Assembly: GCA_024679065.1 (NCBI GenBank)
Contig: JAGIQG010000011.1
Span: 44,454,001 to 44,518,000 of the forward strand
From: Sphyrna mokarran
Taxonomy: Eukaryota
Length of the DNA stretch: 64,000 nt
Direction of reading: 5' to 3'
The notes beneath the pieces are model-generated. The model saw nothing but the letters and a program-made list of their open reading frames with translations. It was not told the origin of the DNA and made no database searches. This document shows, piece by piece, positions 39,201 to 51,304 of this stretch. A program made the translations under genes and the position numbers. The number at the start of each line of letters is the position of its first letter. Position 1 is the stretch's first letter.

Positions 39201-41729
39201 ATTGAGGTGATAAGAATATGTGATTAGATTTGCTGTAAAGAGACTACATGCATTTGTTTATCTGGTGAAAATTGGAGAAGGACTTGATTGGTGCCATTTG
39301 CTTGAAAGAGGAAATCTAATAAGGGAAGTTATGGGAAACTCCTGTGGTTCAATTTCCTTCCAAAGTCCAAAGTGAAGTCAGAAAGAAAACTACAGAATCC
39401 ACTGGTAAAGCAAGACTTGGGACCTGCTTCCTTTTCAAAGCCTGAACTATCCATTCTACCTTTACACAGCCACAACTTCTTCTTTGCCCACTGACCCTTC
39501 CTCCCTTCTTTGGTCATCATCCATGCAAATCTTGCTACTAACACTCGGATTCAAACATAGGTTGGCATTTACAGATATTGCCCAAAGAGGACAAGGCGGT
39601 GGCAACTCACCATTAATCAAGGCCGAAGTCAAGTTCGCCAGAAGCATCTCACCTATAGGCAGTTGTAAAAGTGAATATTCTAATTTTTTACTGGCAAGGA
39701 ACTTAATTAGTTCAGTTTGGAGGGGAACTTAATTCCAGCAAGGTGGCCTTTTAATGCATATGCATAACTTGCTAATGCATGCACAGGAACTTCCCAACAT
39801 TGTTCATCAGAAAGCTTGATCCGTCTTTAAGCCAATCCCCTTTAAAGTCCAAGGACTTAATTCCTAAAATTCACCCAGCTGTCAGAGAACTGACTTTTGG
39901 CTTCATGCTTCAGGTTTCCTGCTGTTGGAAGGACTGGAAGATGCTATCTCATGAGTAAATTAAGTTAAAATTGTCCCCAGTATCTTCTCATTTCAAATTT
40001 AAATCTGTTTCCTGTAGTACATACAAAAATGGGTACTTCCACCCTTCCTGTTATAACAGACTTTTCTCAATGGCATTTTTGGTGGTTGCACACAGATATT
40101 CTCTAATAGTAGCAGAATTAGATTTGAGACAGACTTGCCTCACAAGAACCAGTTGTTGTTCAATATGAGCCACCATTTAGAGGTGAATTGCCCTCAATGG
40201 TAGGCTGGTATTTGCATGAAAGGCTTGAGTAAACAATGCATCTGCACTTTATGCAAAATACCATTAGTCTTTTGCATCTGTAAAGGAGGAAATGTGGCTT
40301 TTTTGGACATGGTGAGGGGAAAGAATCACAAGTTCCTTTGGCAACTGCTTAAGATAACTATTTGATCTTCTCCTCAACCGCTAACCAGTGTTTGCCTATC
40401 ACAGAGCGAAACATTCATTTGTCTCCTTTACATCATCTTATCTGGAATAAAGACAAGACTCTCCTCCTATTTCTGCACCATCACTTTTCACACCTGCACT
40501 TGTTTTCCTATTCTTCACCAAAGTTTGGCATTTTGGCACAGTGGCTTTAATAACGGTCTCCACAGTAGATTGTGAGGGGTAACCAGAATTCTTCTTTAGA
40601 TGCTGCTGTCAATATAGTCATAACATATGTACGTTAAAGCAAAACAGAACAGTAGAGACCTTTAAAGTTTAGTTTTTAGCTGGCATAATAGATTACAACT
40701 CTCAATTATTAAAACACATTGGCCACAATAAAATAAGCTTCAGTAAACAATTTAGAATAGCAGATAAATCCATTTCTGGCATGAATCCTTCACAGTAAGG
40801 GTGGTTAGCTCAGTGGCTAGAAGACCTTTTTGCTCCTCCAGCACCATTTCCCTTCATTTAAAGCTTAACTTAAAAAAAAGGAATGTTGTCATGCTTGGAA
40901 AAATTCATTGTTTTATTCATTGCATTTGAATTTGAACCTTGAATTTAAAATTGGAGCAAAAATTGACTCTATTTACATTAGCTGTCTAATAATTCAAATA
41001 CGAATTTCACATATAGAACCAAATTATTTCATAAACATGTTAACATAAGTTAATGCAAATCTAGAACAAGGCATCTAAAAACCTATAGAATCCTACTAGG
41101 AATGTGATATATTTATAGCACATATAGTTATTACCCTTGGGTGTGGCTTTGAGAAATTTATTTTTTTCTTTTCCACATTAATGTGACCTACATTGAGTAG
41201 AGTACAGGGAATTTTTTGAAGCAAACCCCTTTCCCTGTAATAAATCACACTGAAGTGATGTTGTCTTGCTTTGTACAAGGTTCCAGCTCTAGACTATGAA
41301 GAGATGCTGCATAGTGCACTGCAACCTTTTTCACTATCCAGTGATTTGTACAGCTTTCAATAACAAACCATTTGAGTATTTTCAGATATTCTAATGAATT
41401 AGATAATGTTATTGTCATTTAATTAATGCATTAAATGATTATTGGCACAATTGAATTTAAATGATAAAAAACTTAGAAAGAGTATTTTTGAAATATCTTT
41501 GGAAAAATATGTTAAAAAAGCAATAAAATGGAATTGAAATTTGGAATGTATGTTTTTCAATGAATGTATTGTCTTTTTTTAATCAACTATTGATTTGCAA
41601 GTTACTTTCTGGACACAAAACTGGCTTTCTGGATAGTTCTTCATTCAGTGATTTCAATCAAAATATAAATTGGGAGACTGTTAAAGGGTAGTTGATCCAT
41701 AAACTTGAGTGATAAATTGCAAATTTATG

Positions 41730-42080
41730 GGGAGGTGACAGTCTAGTATTATTGTCATACTATTAATCCCAAAAACTCAACTAATGTTCTGGGGACCCAG
41801 CTTTGAATCCTGCCTCGGCAGATGGTGGAATTTGAATTCAATAAAAAAAGTCTGGAATTAAGAATCTACCGATAACCATGAAACCATTGTTGATTGTTGG
41901 AAAATCCATCTGGTTCACTAATGCCCTCTGAGGAAGGAAATTTCCTGTCCTTACTCAGTATGGTCTACATGTCACTCCAGAGCCACTGCAATGTGGTTGA
42001 CTCTCAACTGCCTTTGGGCAACGAGAGATGGATAATAAACACTGGCCAGCCAGCAATGCCCATATCCCATGAATGAATAA
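41730..42080 (+). mobile_element. tRNA-headed SINE matching both ends of the CR1-superfamily LINE at 60170-63925
   Basis: B-box-like ctttgaatcct. Body matches 60185-60367 and tail matches 63850-63922. Confidence 0.8.
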
Positions 42081-42289
42081 TGCTGTACAGGCTTATTGGA
42101 GACCACTTACTGTGGTGTGAATTGTTGTCACGTATAATAGTGTTGTCATTGACTGGAAACTTAGGCAGATTGCAACAGGTATTAGTACAATGTCACGTCA
42201 TGTGTACTCTGCATGAGCCTTGACTGGTTGTCTACTAATGCTTTGTCCTGAGACTTCTAATTGGCAGTTTTTTTGTCTGTGCTGATTTG

Positions 42290-42426
42290 CCTTTGTCTTC
42301 CCCTCTCAGAACAGTGCAGGAAGGAAGGCCGAAAATCTATCTCAGCTGGAATGAGAATTGAACCTAGCTGTTGGTATTATTCTAACCGCATGCTAACATC
42401 TGGTCAACTGAACTAAAGAGCTCCCC
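42290..42426 (-). mobile_element. Decayed tRNA-derived SINE head (different family)
   Basis: Minus strand reads ttagttcagttga...ggttcaattct (A/B-box-like). Confidence 0.5.
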
Positions 42427-43009
42427 GTATTAGTGCAATCTTGGTAACAAATTCACACCAAAATGGTGCCAATCCTGAAAATCTGAAGTAATGATGGAAA
42501 TGTTAGAAGTACTCAGAAAATCTGACAGCATCAATAGAAAGAAAAACATAATTAATTGGCTATTTAGGCCAATGGCTATTTCCTTTATTTCCTGTCTTGT
42601 TAGTAAATGTGTTTGAAAATGTTACCATATAAATAAACAAAGCCAAGGTTAAGAAAAGCACCCTCAATGTAAGGAAGCTTAGAGATTGTGGACAGGCTTG
42701 GGAATTCAGGAGTTGAGTTACGCGCCACAGGATTCCTAGCCTCTGACCTGCATATATAGCATAACCAGAGGTGGACTCACAATGAAACACATCATACCTA
42801 GACTCATGCCCAGACACAGGGCCCCAATCAATGTGGCGGCCATGTTGACCGGTGCAAACTAACATCAGGTTCTGATTGATGGAGACCTCTTAGAGTGGGA
42901 AAACAGTGTGTAACATCATTGAGGGTTTGATGACTTTGGAGGAGAAAGCAGTAGGATCAAGGATCTGTAAAAATATTTTTTAAAACTGTAGCAGCCCATT
43001 TCTTTACTA

Positions 43010-43580
43010 GGCTGAGAAGGTCAGATAACCAGGGAGACAGCCTAAGCCAACAGCAAGCTTGCCATGGATGCTGGTGATTGTCAAGGGGAACTGTGGGGCG
43101 ACTTGACCAAGCCAGCAACAAAACTGAGAGGAATGCTGGGCAATGAATGGAAAGCTGAGGTGAGGTGAGGTGAAGCAAAGCAGCCAGTGAGCCAGGGCCA
43201 AGGCCGTACTTGAGCAGAGGTGATGTGTAAGGGCCAAGAAAGCGCCAGCAGTTGTTGAAGTGAACAATGGGGTGACTCGATCAGGCCAGCAGCAAGGCTG
43301 AGAGGACTGGTAGGCAATGAATCAAGAGCTAGGTAAGGAGGTCAGCAAGGTAGCAGATCAGACAGCCAGTGAGTGAAGGAGCATGATTCCTGAGGTTGTT
43401 ATCAAGCAGAGGTGATGTGTAAAAGCCAAGGTAGAGCCGTCCGTTATCGAGTAGAAAAGCAGGGTGACTTGACCAGGCCATCAGGGCACAGGCGGGCTGG
43501 TCAATGAGCCAAGGGTAAAGTGAGAAGGTCAGATAGCCAGGCAGGCAGCCAATGGACCAGCAGGACAGCAAGGTCATCAA
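43010..43580. repeat. Degenerate tandem repeat, period ~175-190 bp
   Basis: acttgacca(a/g)gcca...caatga recurs at ~43101, 43275 and 43467. agcagaggtgatgtgtaa at 43213 and 43405. Confidence 0.65.
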
Positions 43581-43589
43581 GTGAGTGGG

Positions 43590-45318
43590 GACAACTTGAA
43601 ACCCATGACAAAGGAGGGGAAAAAAGGCCTGTTCTTTGAGAAAATTCATTCCTTAAAATCAGAAATGATCAGTCAATGTGAAGCAACACTATCAATCTGG
43701 CTGTCAAAAGTGCAGAAAATTCAAGCAAGGCCAGAAGATGAAGTTTGGCAAAAAGACAGTTTGTCATTTTACTTTAGAATGTTTGAAGTGTTAAACAGTG
43801 TACAAACTGCACTTTCATCCTTATCAACAAAATGTATGAGTGAATTAGCTGATGAGTTTGACTTGCTGATTTCCGGAGAAACCACATTGCCTAAAAAAAT
43901 TGAACAAGAAGTTCAAGAACAAGAAGTGGACTCTGAAATGGGAACGGAACTACAAATTGCTGCTCAAGCTCAATTCTTCTATATGTGAAGGAAGAAACCT
44001 ACCCTGAAAATGTTGCCTTATGGCCAAAATCTTTCCACTGGGTATGATTGAATATTTCATAATAAATGGACCAGAAAACACAGGTAATATGGAAAATTTG
44101 AGAAAAGAATTTGATGTTGGAAGCCAAAAGCAGTTTAGAAGTCTTTGTGAGAGCCATTTTCTGAGGGGGAAGGGAAACGGCAAGACGGAAAGGAGACCTT
44201 GGTTTATTTTGTTCAGAAACTTCTGAGGCAGTCTACTGTTATGTTTGTAAATTATTCTATGACCCTAAAAAAAAATCATGCATTCATCGCTGGTTACTCT
44301 AACCAGAGAAATGTTGGAAGAGATCTTGCTTATTGTAATACTTCCAAAAGTCATGTTAAGGCTATATGTATATCCATTCAATGATGCAAATCATTTGGGA
44401 GAATTGATTCTGCGTTATTGGCTGTTTGAATAGGAGGAAAGTGCTGAAATGTATTGTTGTCATAATCAAACTTCTGTCTTGGGATTTCCATTAAGAGGAC
44501 ATAGAATCATAGAATCATTGAAACCATAGAATCATAGAAACCCTACAGTGCAGAAAGAGGCCATCTGGCCCATTGAGTCTGCACCGACAACAATCCCACC
44601 CAGGCCGTACCCCTATATCCTTACATATTTACCTGTTAATCTTTCTAAGCAAATGCATCTCAGGACACTAAGTGGCAATTTTAGCATGACCAATTGACCT
44701 AACCCACACATCTTTGAACTGTGGGAGGAAACCCATTGCTGCTTCACAGTTCCAGGGACCCAGGTTCAAATCCTGGCTTGGGTCACTATCTGTGTGGAGT
44801 TTGCACATTCTCCCAATATCTGGGTGGCTTTCCTCCAGGTTCTCCGGTTTCCTCCCACAGTCTGAAGATGTACAGGTTATGTTGGTTGGCTGTGCTAAAA
44901 TAATTACCCCTTAGTGTCCTGAAATGCGTAGGTTAGAGGGAATAGTGAGTAAATATGGAGGGATATGGAGGTATGGCCTGGGTGGAATTGTGATTGACAT
45001 GGACTCGATGGGCCAAATGGCCTCTTCCTGCACTGTAGGGTTTCTATGATTTTATGATTCTATGAGGACATGATGAATCATTGGTGTCAAGTCTATAGAG
45101 GTAATTTTGTAGCTTGCCTTTTACACCTCAGTGAATTTTATGAGTTTCTCAAAGAGCATTTGAAAAACTATCAATATTGAGGCTTAAGGAAGATCAACTT
45201 TTTAAAGCACAGAGCCCATGGTGAATTCATCACTATAATTGCAAAGCCGCTCAGAAACCAGTTCACTAATGAAATTAAAGATGCCAGACATTATTTCACA
45301 ATAGTTGATTCAACACCT
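43590..45318 (+). mobile_element. hAT (Tip100/ZMYM1-like) transposase relic, interrupted by SINE pair
   Basis: GFPLRGH|DES is continuous across the SINE insertion. NEIKDAR.YF.IVDST remnant at 45265-45316. Confidence 0.65.
44503..45063. mobile_element. Head-to-head V-SINE pair (minus 44503-44734, plus 44735-45063) with 8-bp TSD GAGGACAT
   Basis: (CATAGAAT)n tail on the left and (TTCTATGA)n tail on the right. gaggacat at 44495-44502 and 45064-45071. Confidence 0.9.
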
Positions 45319-45446
45319 GGCCAGGATTTTCCAATCACGCTTGCCCCAATGTCGGAAAATCCCACCAGAGATCAACCGACCGCTGCATGGTTCGTGTCTC
45401 ATCGGCTGCAACTCCTGTGGCAGGTATTACAATAAAATTCCTCCCC
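45319..45446. mobile_element. ~125-bp MITE (Harbinger-type GGnnGGATTTT termini)
   Basis: ggccaggatttt...aaaattcctcccc. Reverse complement aligns with 54922-55046. Confidence 0.65.
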
Positions 45447-45689
45447 AGGTGTGAGTCATTTACTATCTTTTTTATATTTTGTGCTAATTTAATTTATAAT
45501 TTACTTGGCACAGATCCACAGCAATTAACTCTTAAATGCTCTCAGAGATGGGCAATAATTTTGACCCAGCTAGTGACACACACATGCCATGAACACATTT
45601 TAAAAAGTCCTGGGATGGGACTCGAACCTGGAGCTTCAGAGGCAGGGAAGCTACCAACTGCGCCATAAGACTTCCATTAAGCCTTTACT

Positions 45690-45970
45690 GTTTATTCGTA
45701 ATTGCTCTTGAGAAAGTGATGGTGAGTCACTTTTTTGAACCATTGTAGCCCAAGTGCTGTTAGGAAGGGATTCCAGCAATTTGACATTATAACAATGATC
45801 AGGTAGTGACATATTTCTAGCGGTGTTTTCATACATCTGTTACTCTTGTTTTAAATGGTAGAGGTCATGGGTTTAGAAGCTGCTGTTGAAAGAGGCTTGG
45901 CAAATTTCTGCAGTCCAACTTGTTGATGATATGAACACTTGCTATTGTATTCCAGTGAGGTAACGAGTGA
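45690..45970 (-). mobile_element. 3' fragment of CR1-superfamily (Daphne-like) LINE
   Basis: taattgctcttgagaaagtgatggtgag...gtgctgttaggaaggga, same as 3205-3300. Confidence 0.7.
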
Positions 45971-46453
45971 ATTCTAATAGACAGAAGGGAGATTAATTTA
46001 AACAATTCTGACTTCTCCTCTAATTACCTACTCTTAAACAAAAAAGTCTTTCTGATTTCTGATTTCCTACTTTATAAGTGGTGGTATATTTCCCCAACCC
46101 TTCAAAATGCAGAGCTCCAAAATTCTATGACGAGCCTCACAGCAAATTCAAAATAAGGTAAAATAAGAGGGTTTATTTATTTCATACAGACAAAAGCTTT
46201 GAAAGGGGTTTCACAATGTTGGCCTATCCCTTTTGCACTCAGACAATAAAAGGTATGAGGGAAAGAAAGGGAGACCACTGTAAAAATATGTGTTATGGTT
46301 TTATGTGAGTCCAGATTCCAGAATCAAAGTGTAATGGTGTATTCTTCAGAGGGTAGTTAGCCTTCTTTTACTGGAATCTTTCCAGAAGTGAGGACTTTCA
46401 TCATGGCAGAAAGCACATAGAGTTAAATTAGTCTCAAGGGCCCAAGTTCTAAT

Positions 46454-46552
46454 CCCAAACCAAAACAGAAAATGCTGGAAAATCTCAGCAGGTCTGACAG
46501 CATCTGTAAGAAGAGAAAAGAGCTAATGTTTCGAGTCCAGATGACTTTTTGT
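46454..46552 (-). mobile_element. ~100-bp Penelope-type terminal fragment with 12-bp TSD and truncated hammerhead
   Basis: Flanks ccaagttctaat (46442) and ccaagttccaat (46553). Minus strand reads agtc-atctg-gactc-GAAAC...cagatgctgtcagacctgctgag. Confidence 0.7.
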
Positions 46553-49500
46553 CCAAGTTCCAATGTTCCAGTAGTTCACAGTGTGGTTGAGGGCTAGCTA
46601 ATTATAAACCAGAGCATGCACTCTTTCTACTGCTACCTGTCAGACGGTAAATGGTAAACAGAGACAGACTGCTGTCTTCTGTTTCTCTTCTGAAGTCAAA
46701 AAAGTGACTGAAGATAATAAACAACAGCGTATTAATTAAGTTCGAACTGCTCCATTCTCAGTCATGTGATGGATGATTTCAGATTGACTAATGAGGCCCT
46801 TAGTTGAAACCCATTATTTTTGAAACAGGTAACAGTTGGACCATCAAACACTACATTGGAGATTCGGAGTCAGAAACAGCTGCCCTTGTCCATAGTTGGG
46901 TAGGGCAGACAGCTGATCTTCTAATTTATTATGTTCGTTTGCGTGGAACACTTACATGATATAAGGAGCATTATAATCCAGAGTGTTTGAAGTATTAAGC
47001 CTTTGTTCACTTTTAAAATGCTGAGATACTTCCAGGAGCCAGCATATGACCAGCCACAGTTATTTTATCAGCTCAACAATTGTCCATTTTGAAAAACAGA
47101 GAAATAAATTAATCTTATAAGGTAGCCAGGCTGACAGTGGTCTTCCTGTTTCCACTCCAGGATAGAATGTTTAGGATGGAGTTGATGGTGGGCTGCTTTG
47201 TCCTAGATGGTATTGAACTTCTTGAATGATTTTGAGGCTAAGCTCATTTAGGGTACTGGCAACTATATGGCACAAATACCTTCCTTGTTCTCCAAGATCT
47301 GCTTATGTTTTGAACTATTAATTATCCAAGAATATAAAAGACATGCTTAGTGGAGATCACCTGATTTTCCATTTATGATTTTCCATCCATTTAAAATTAG
47401 TGGATGAGTAATTGGGTATGCTCCAACACCAATGTGCAGTCTTCCCTGTCCAATTTTCTCACATGCAGTATATCTAATCTATTATTTACCAGCTGGTGCA
47501 AAAGTGTGAAATCTGCCCCGACTATCTAGTGTATTAGCTAGTTCAGGATAGAATCATTTAGCTGAATTAGGTTGGAAGGGAGATTTCTTACTAACTACCA
47601 TAATAGTTTCGTGTAAGTCAGTTGGGACTTACCACAGTATATTCCTATTTTTCATTAAACCTGTTGTTTTCAATGAGTCCTAATGCCTAACTATATGGTA
47701 ATTTTATATTTAAAGAACTCACACCATAGTTCTACACTACAGCACTTGGCCCCTCATTTAGGTTTTACAACAAAAACTGCAATATTTTAATCTTCCTCTT
47801 ATTTTTTCATCATAATAATTTATGATTACACATTGGTTTCATCCAGATAAATTGTAACCTGTCATGAACAAGGACAAAGATATATATTCATTGGGCTGAA
47901 TAATATGCTTCTAAATCAGGAGTGTACTCCATCCCACTGCTGTATTATCGGGTGTGATGACTTCCAGTTATATTTCTGACATTATCACACCAGTTTCAAA
48001 TAATACAGTAAGCAATTGGGCTTAAAAAATGCGTGCCTATCCATGTTATTCAAATTTTATGTAAATAGGTCATTAATAACCCAACTGACTGCAATAAAAT
48101 GTTCTGTCAGCAATACTACATTTGCAGAGTCTACTTGACACCATGTGGGTTTTCCTTCTTTATGAGGAAACTTGTTAATGTAGGTTTAAAATGTTCAGCT
48201 GAGACCTCGTCTTATTACTTCAGAGTTCTGTAACTGCTGGAAGTGCTTCATTCAAGGAGCAGAATTTTATTCATAATGATTTCTTACATTCACAGTAATT
48301 CACTCACATGTCCCGCTTGGTAACTACTGTGGAATTTTTTTGATATGTTTATACCTGCCGTAGTGCAGTGCTCCCCTCTGACTTGCTACTGCACTGGATA
48401 GAGGCAGCTGATCAGCCACCTCCTTCCCCCAAGTGGCTTTTGCTGTGCAGCTGTGTTTTTGAGCAGTCCACCATGTTAGAATAATCCTGCTGAGAGTCAA
48501 GAGGAGCTTCTACCACACTGCCTGTGCATGAGAACTTTGTTATTGGTGAATGGACGGAGGAGATGCGGCCACCATCAGAAGTGCCCTGAGAGATTTTCCA
48601 GGTGGCAGCAGCTGCTGCTTATTCTCCTACCACTTGGCCCTTTGATCCACACTACCAGCTGGCGAGGTGCCAGCGCTCAGTCTGTGCCCATGCCCCCAGT
48701 CTCCCTATCAGCTTGCCTATAGGCCCTTGAGCTCAGAATGATGGAGATGGTTTGCAGGTTGGAGCGCATCCCAATATTGGTTTGCCCCATCTCCCCCTGC
48801 CAGTATAGTCACTAGTTGGTCCTTGGAGGGAACTTGATACTCCAAAAAGCGGGTATTCATTGTGCATATAGTCTGGATGTACACCTCCACAGTCTTGGTC
48901 AGAGTGCACAATTGCCCGATGTACCTGTCAATCTTGACACATCTTGCACTGGACATCCAACATTTGCTGAGTTACGGATGACTTCAGAGGTTCATGATCC
49001 AATTTAGAATCAATCTGTGAATTACTCCAGACATTCCTCTGACTGCCTCCAGCCTGTTCCATCATTCTCCCTGGCAGCTGCATAAGCAAATGTGAAGTGC
49101 CCACACCAGACTGTGCATACCCCTGTTCTTGTACATAAATCCCTACCAGGTATCAGTATCTGCAATGATACTTCGGATAGAGAAAAGATGTGATATTGTA
49201 TCTTCTAAGGGGTCTTCCTCTTCCTCAGAGTGGTGTGGCAGCATGCCCTCATGAGGTTATTGAGCTTCTTCTGGCATCCAGATCAGCTTTTCCTCATTCA
49301 CCTCTGTGTATTATTCAGCCCATCGCTTCTATCTATTGATTCATCTAGCTAGCCAGAGTTTTGCAACTATGTACATGAGCCTGTGAGGAAAAATATCTAA
49401 AGCAAAAAATTGCTTCAGTCAAAAATTGCTATCTGTGTAAAAAGAAATTTGCATTTTTTAAATAGAAATGTCCATTCACCATTGAAAGACTATCAGTGAG

Positions 49501-51127
49501 TCCTAAATGCTAATTGTTGCCAGTTGTTCTGGTAGTGTATTGTATGGATGAAAAAAAGACCGGCAATCAGTAAAAAAATACAAATTTAGAGAAATTATTT
49601 ATAAGTAACTGTTTGCCAACAAAAAGTCACAACAAATAAATGACAACTAACACAAAGCAAAATTAATCTCTCAAACAAAATCAGTGTTAGGTTTTCCATA
49701 CAGTGTGCCCTTTCTATAAATCTTAACATCTTATCATTTATTGAATGATTCTATTTCCATGATGCTATTTCTATCAGACTATTAGCTTGCCTTATTTCTA
49801 ACTGAGTCCTTCACATTAGTCTCCATAATAATTGACACTGTTGCCTCCTTGCCTCTGAGATCTGCTAGCTGTGTTTATAGCCAGGTGCACTGTAGTAATC
49901 AGTCTCTTTTACAACCTACAGGCAATTTGTGTTCAAAAAAACTTATATTTGAAAAAAAATGTTTTTTTAACAAATTGTTTATTTTTCAGCTGGGTCACTG
50001 TCTGATTCCAAATCAATGGAGTCAGTTCCAACTTACATTATTCTCCACTCATCCTCAACAAATTGTAAAGTTTGAATGATGATTCCGTTTTGGAATGGTA
50101 TCTTTATCTGAAAGTAAAATGCAGAGGATCATATTATGAGGTCAGTTTGACAACAGGCCGAGGACAGTTACAGATTAAAGGGACACCTAGATTGTGTTAT
50201 GGGGTAATGGTGTAAGTTGTTCACTTTTGAAAACAATGGCAGCTGTCTCTGAATTCACAATGTTAGACTCTGGGAAATCTCAGAAAATGTATGGGTTGCA
50301 AACTGTCAACTGTCCATTTACATCTAAGGTGAAAGAGAGTTGGAGTCAAGATTAGCTAATCAATATTTTTACCTAGATGCAAGACTAATGTATTTCATGT
50401 TGCCATGGGGATAAGTGCAGAAGAAGCCACTTTTGAGATCAGGTCACAGGCTTCCCTTCAAATCAATTAACATTGCTGGCAGACAGCAGCTTTGCAAACT
50501 ACCACAGCCAAATGTGGGAGCAAGACAGTCTCTCGTCAAAGAGACATATTTGGAAGCCATGCAACGGCTCTGGCAAATTTGCCCTGGCATTGTCAGAGAA
50601 GAAGAATCATCAGGACAATTTAGGAAACTCTTTGAAAAATAAGGGGACTGCCTGCGGACAGTGACTTATAGTCACTACTTCGCAAAGCAGGGAAATGCGA
50701 ACCTGCTGGAAACTGGGAGCAATGGTAAACTGTTTGCTACAAGAATTGTAATTCCACGGAGAGTGCAATATGTGAAAAATAAAAAAGGAGAATATTCCTT
50801 TCTGTAGTTTAAAGTATAATTTTCCTGCAAAACAAAAAGGGTTTAGTCAATTTCAGTCATTTATTACAGTAAAAGGTTAAAATTGAAGTCTTGTACCATT
50901 CTTTCAATTATTAACAGGAAGTTTGAACTTTTTTTTATGAAAGTTTTCAGTCTCTATGGAAATTGTAATGGGGAGGGGAATCTAAAATTTTGCTTTGACC
51001 CCTTTAGACAATCAAAATTAATCAAGGATATTACTGTAACCTTGATTATTGTCATATGGTACTTATATTTTGTACAAGGTGATCTTTACCCTAACTAGGA
51101 ATAGGACCTAAAGAAATTCAATGAATT

Positions 51128-51270
51128 ATCACTTAACTGGCAACTTGTTTATAGGTTCACTGTTCTCTGTGTAAAAAGCACCTCCTAACATCCAACTAGT
51201 TCCATCCTTACAAAACTTGAAATTGTTACCTCTGGTCCTTGCCAACCTTAAGTTCACATAACTTTCCACC
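51128..51270 (-). mobile_element. Short diverged CR1 ORF2 C-terminal fragment
   Basis: ARTRGNNFK...GAFYTE...NKLPVK resembles TRGH.FK...FFTQRV..WN.LP. Confidence 0.55.
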
Positions 51271-51304
51271 ACTGAGGTATTCCTTTTGTATTTTCTTGCA
51301 CTAT

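Noticed and set aside
40798-40830. tRNA gene (ggttagctcagtggctaga)
   Set aside because: Only an A-box-like fragment, with no B box or cloverleaf. Other A/B boxes in the window belong to SINE heads.
48350-49400. GC-richer block with short ORFs
   Set aside because: Probably a decayed DNA-transposon interior, but no diagnostic motif was found, so it was not called.
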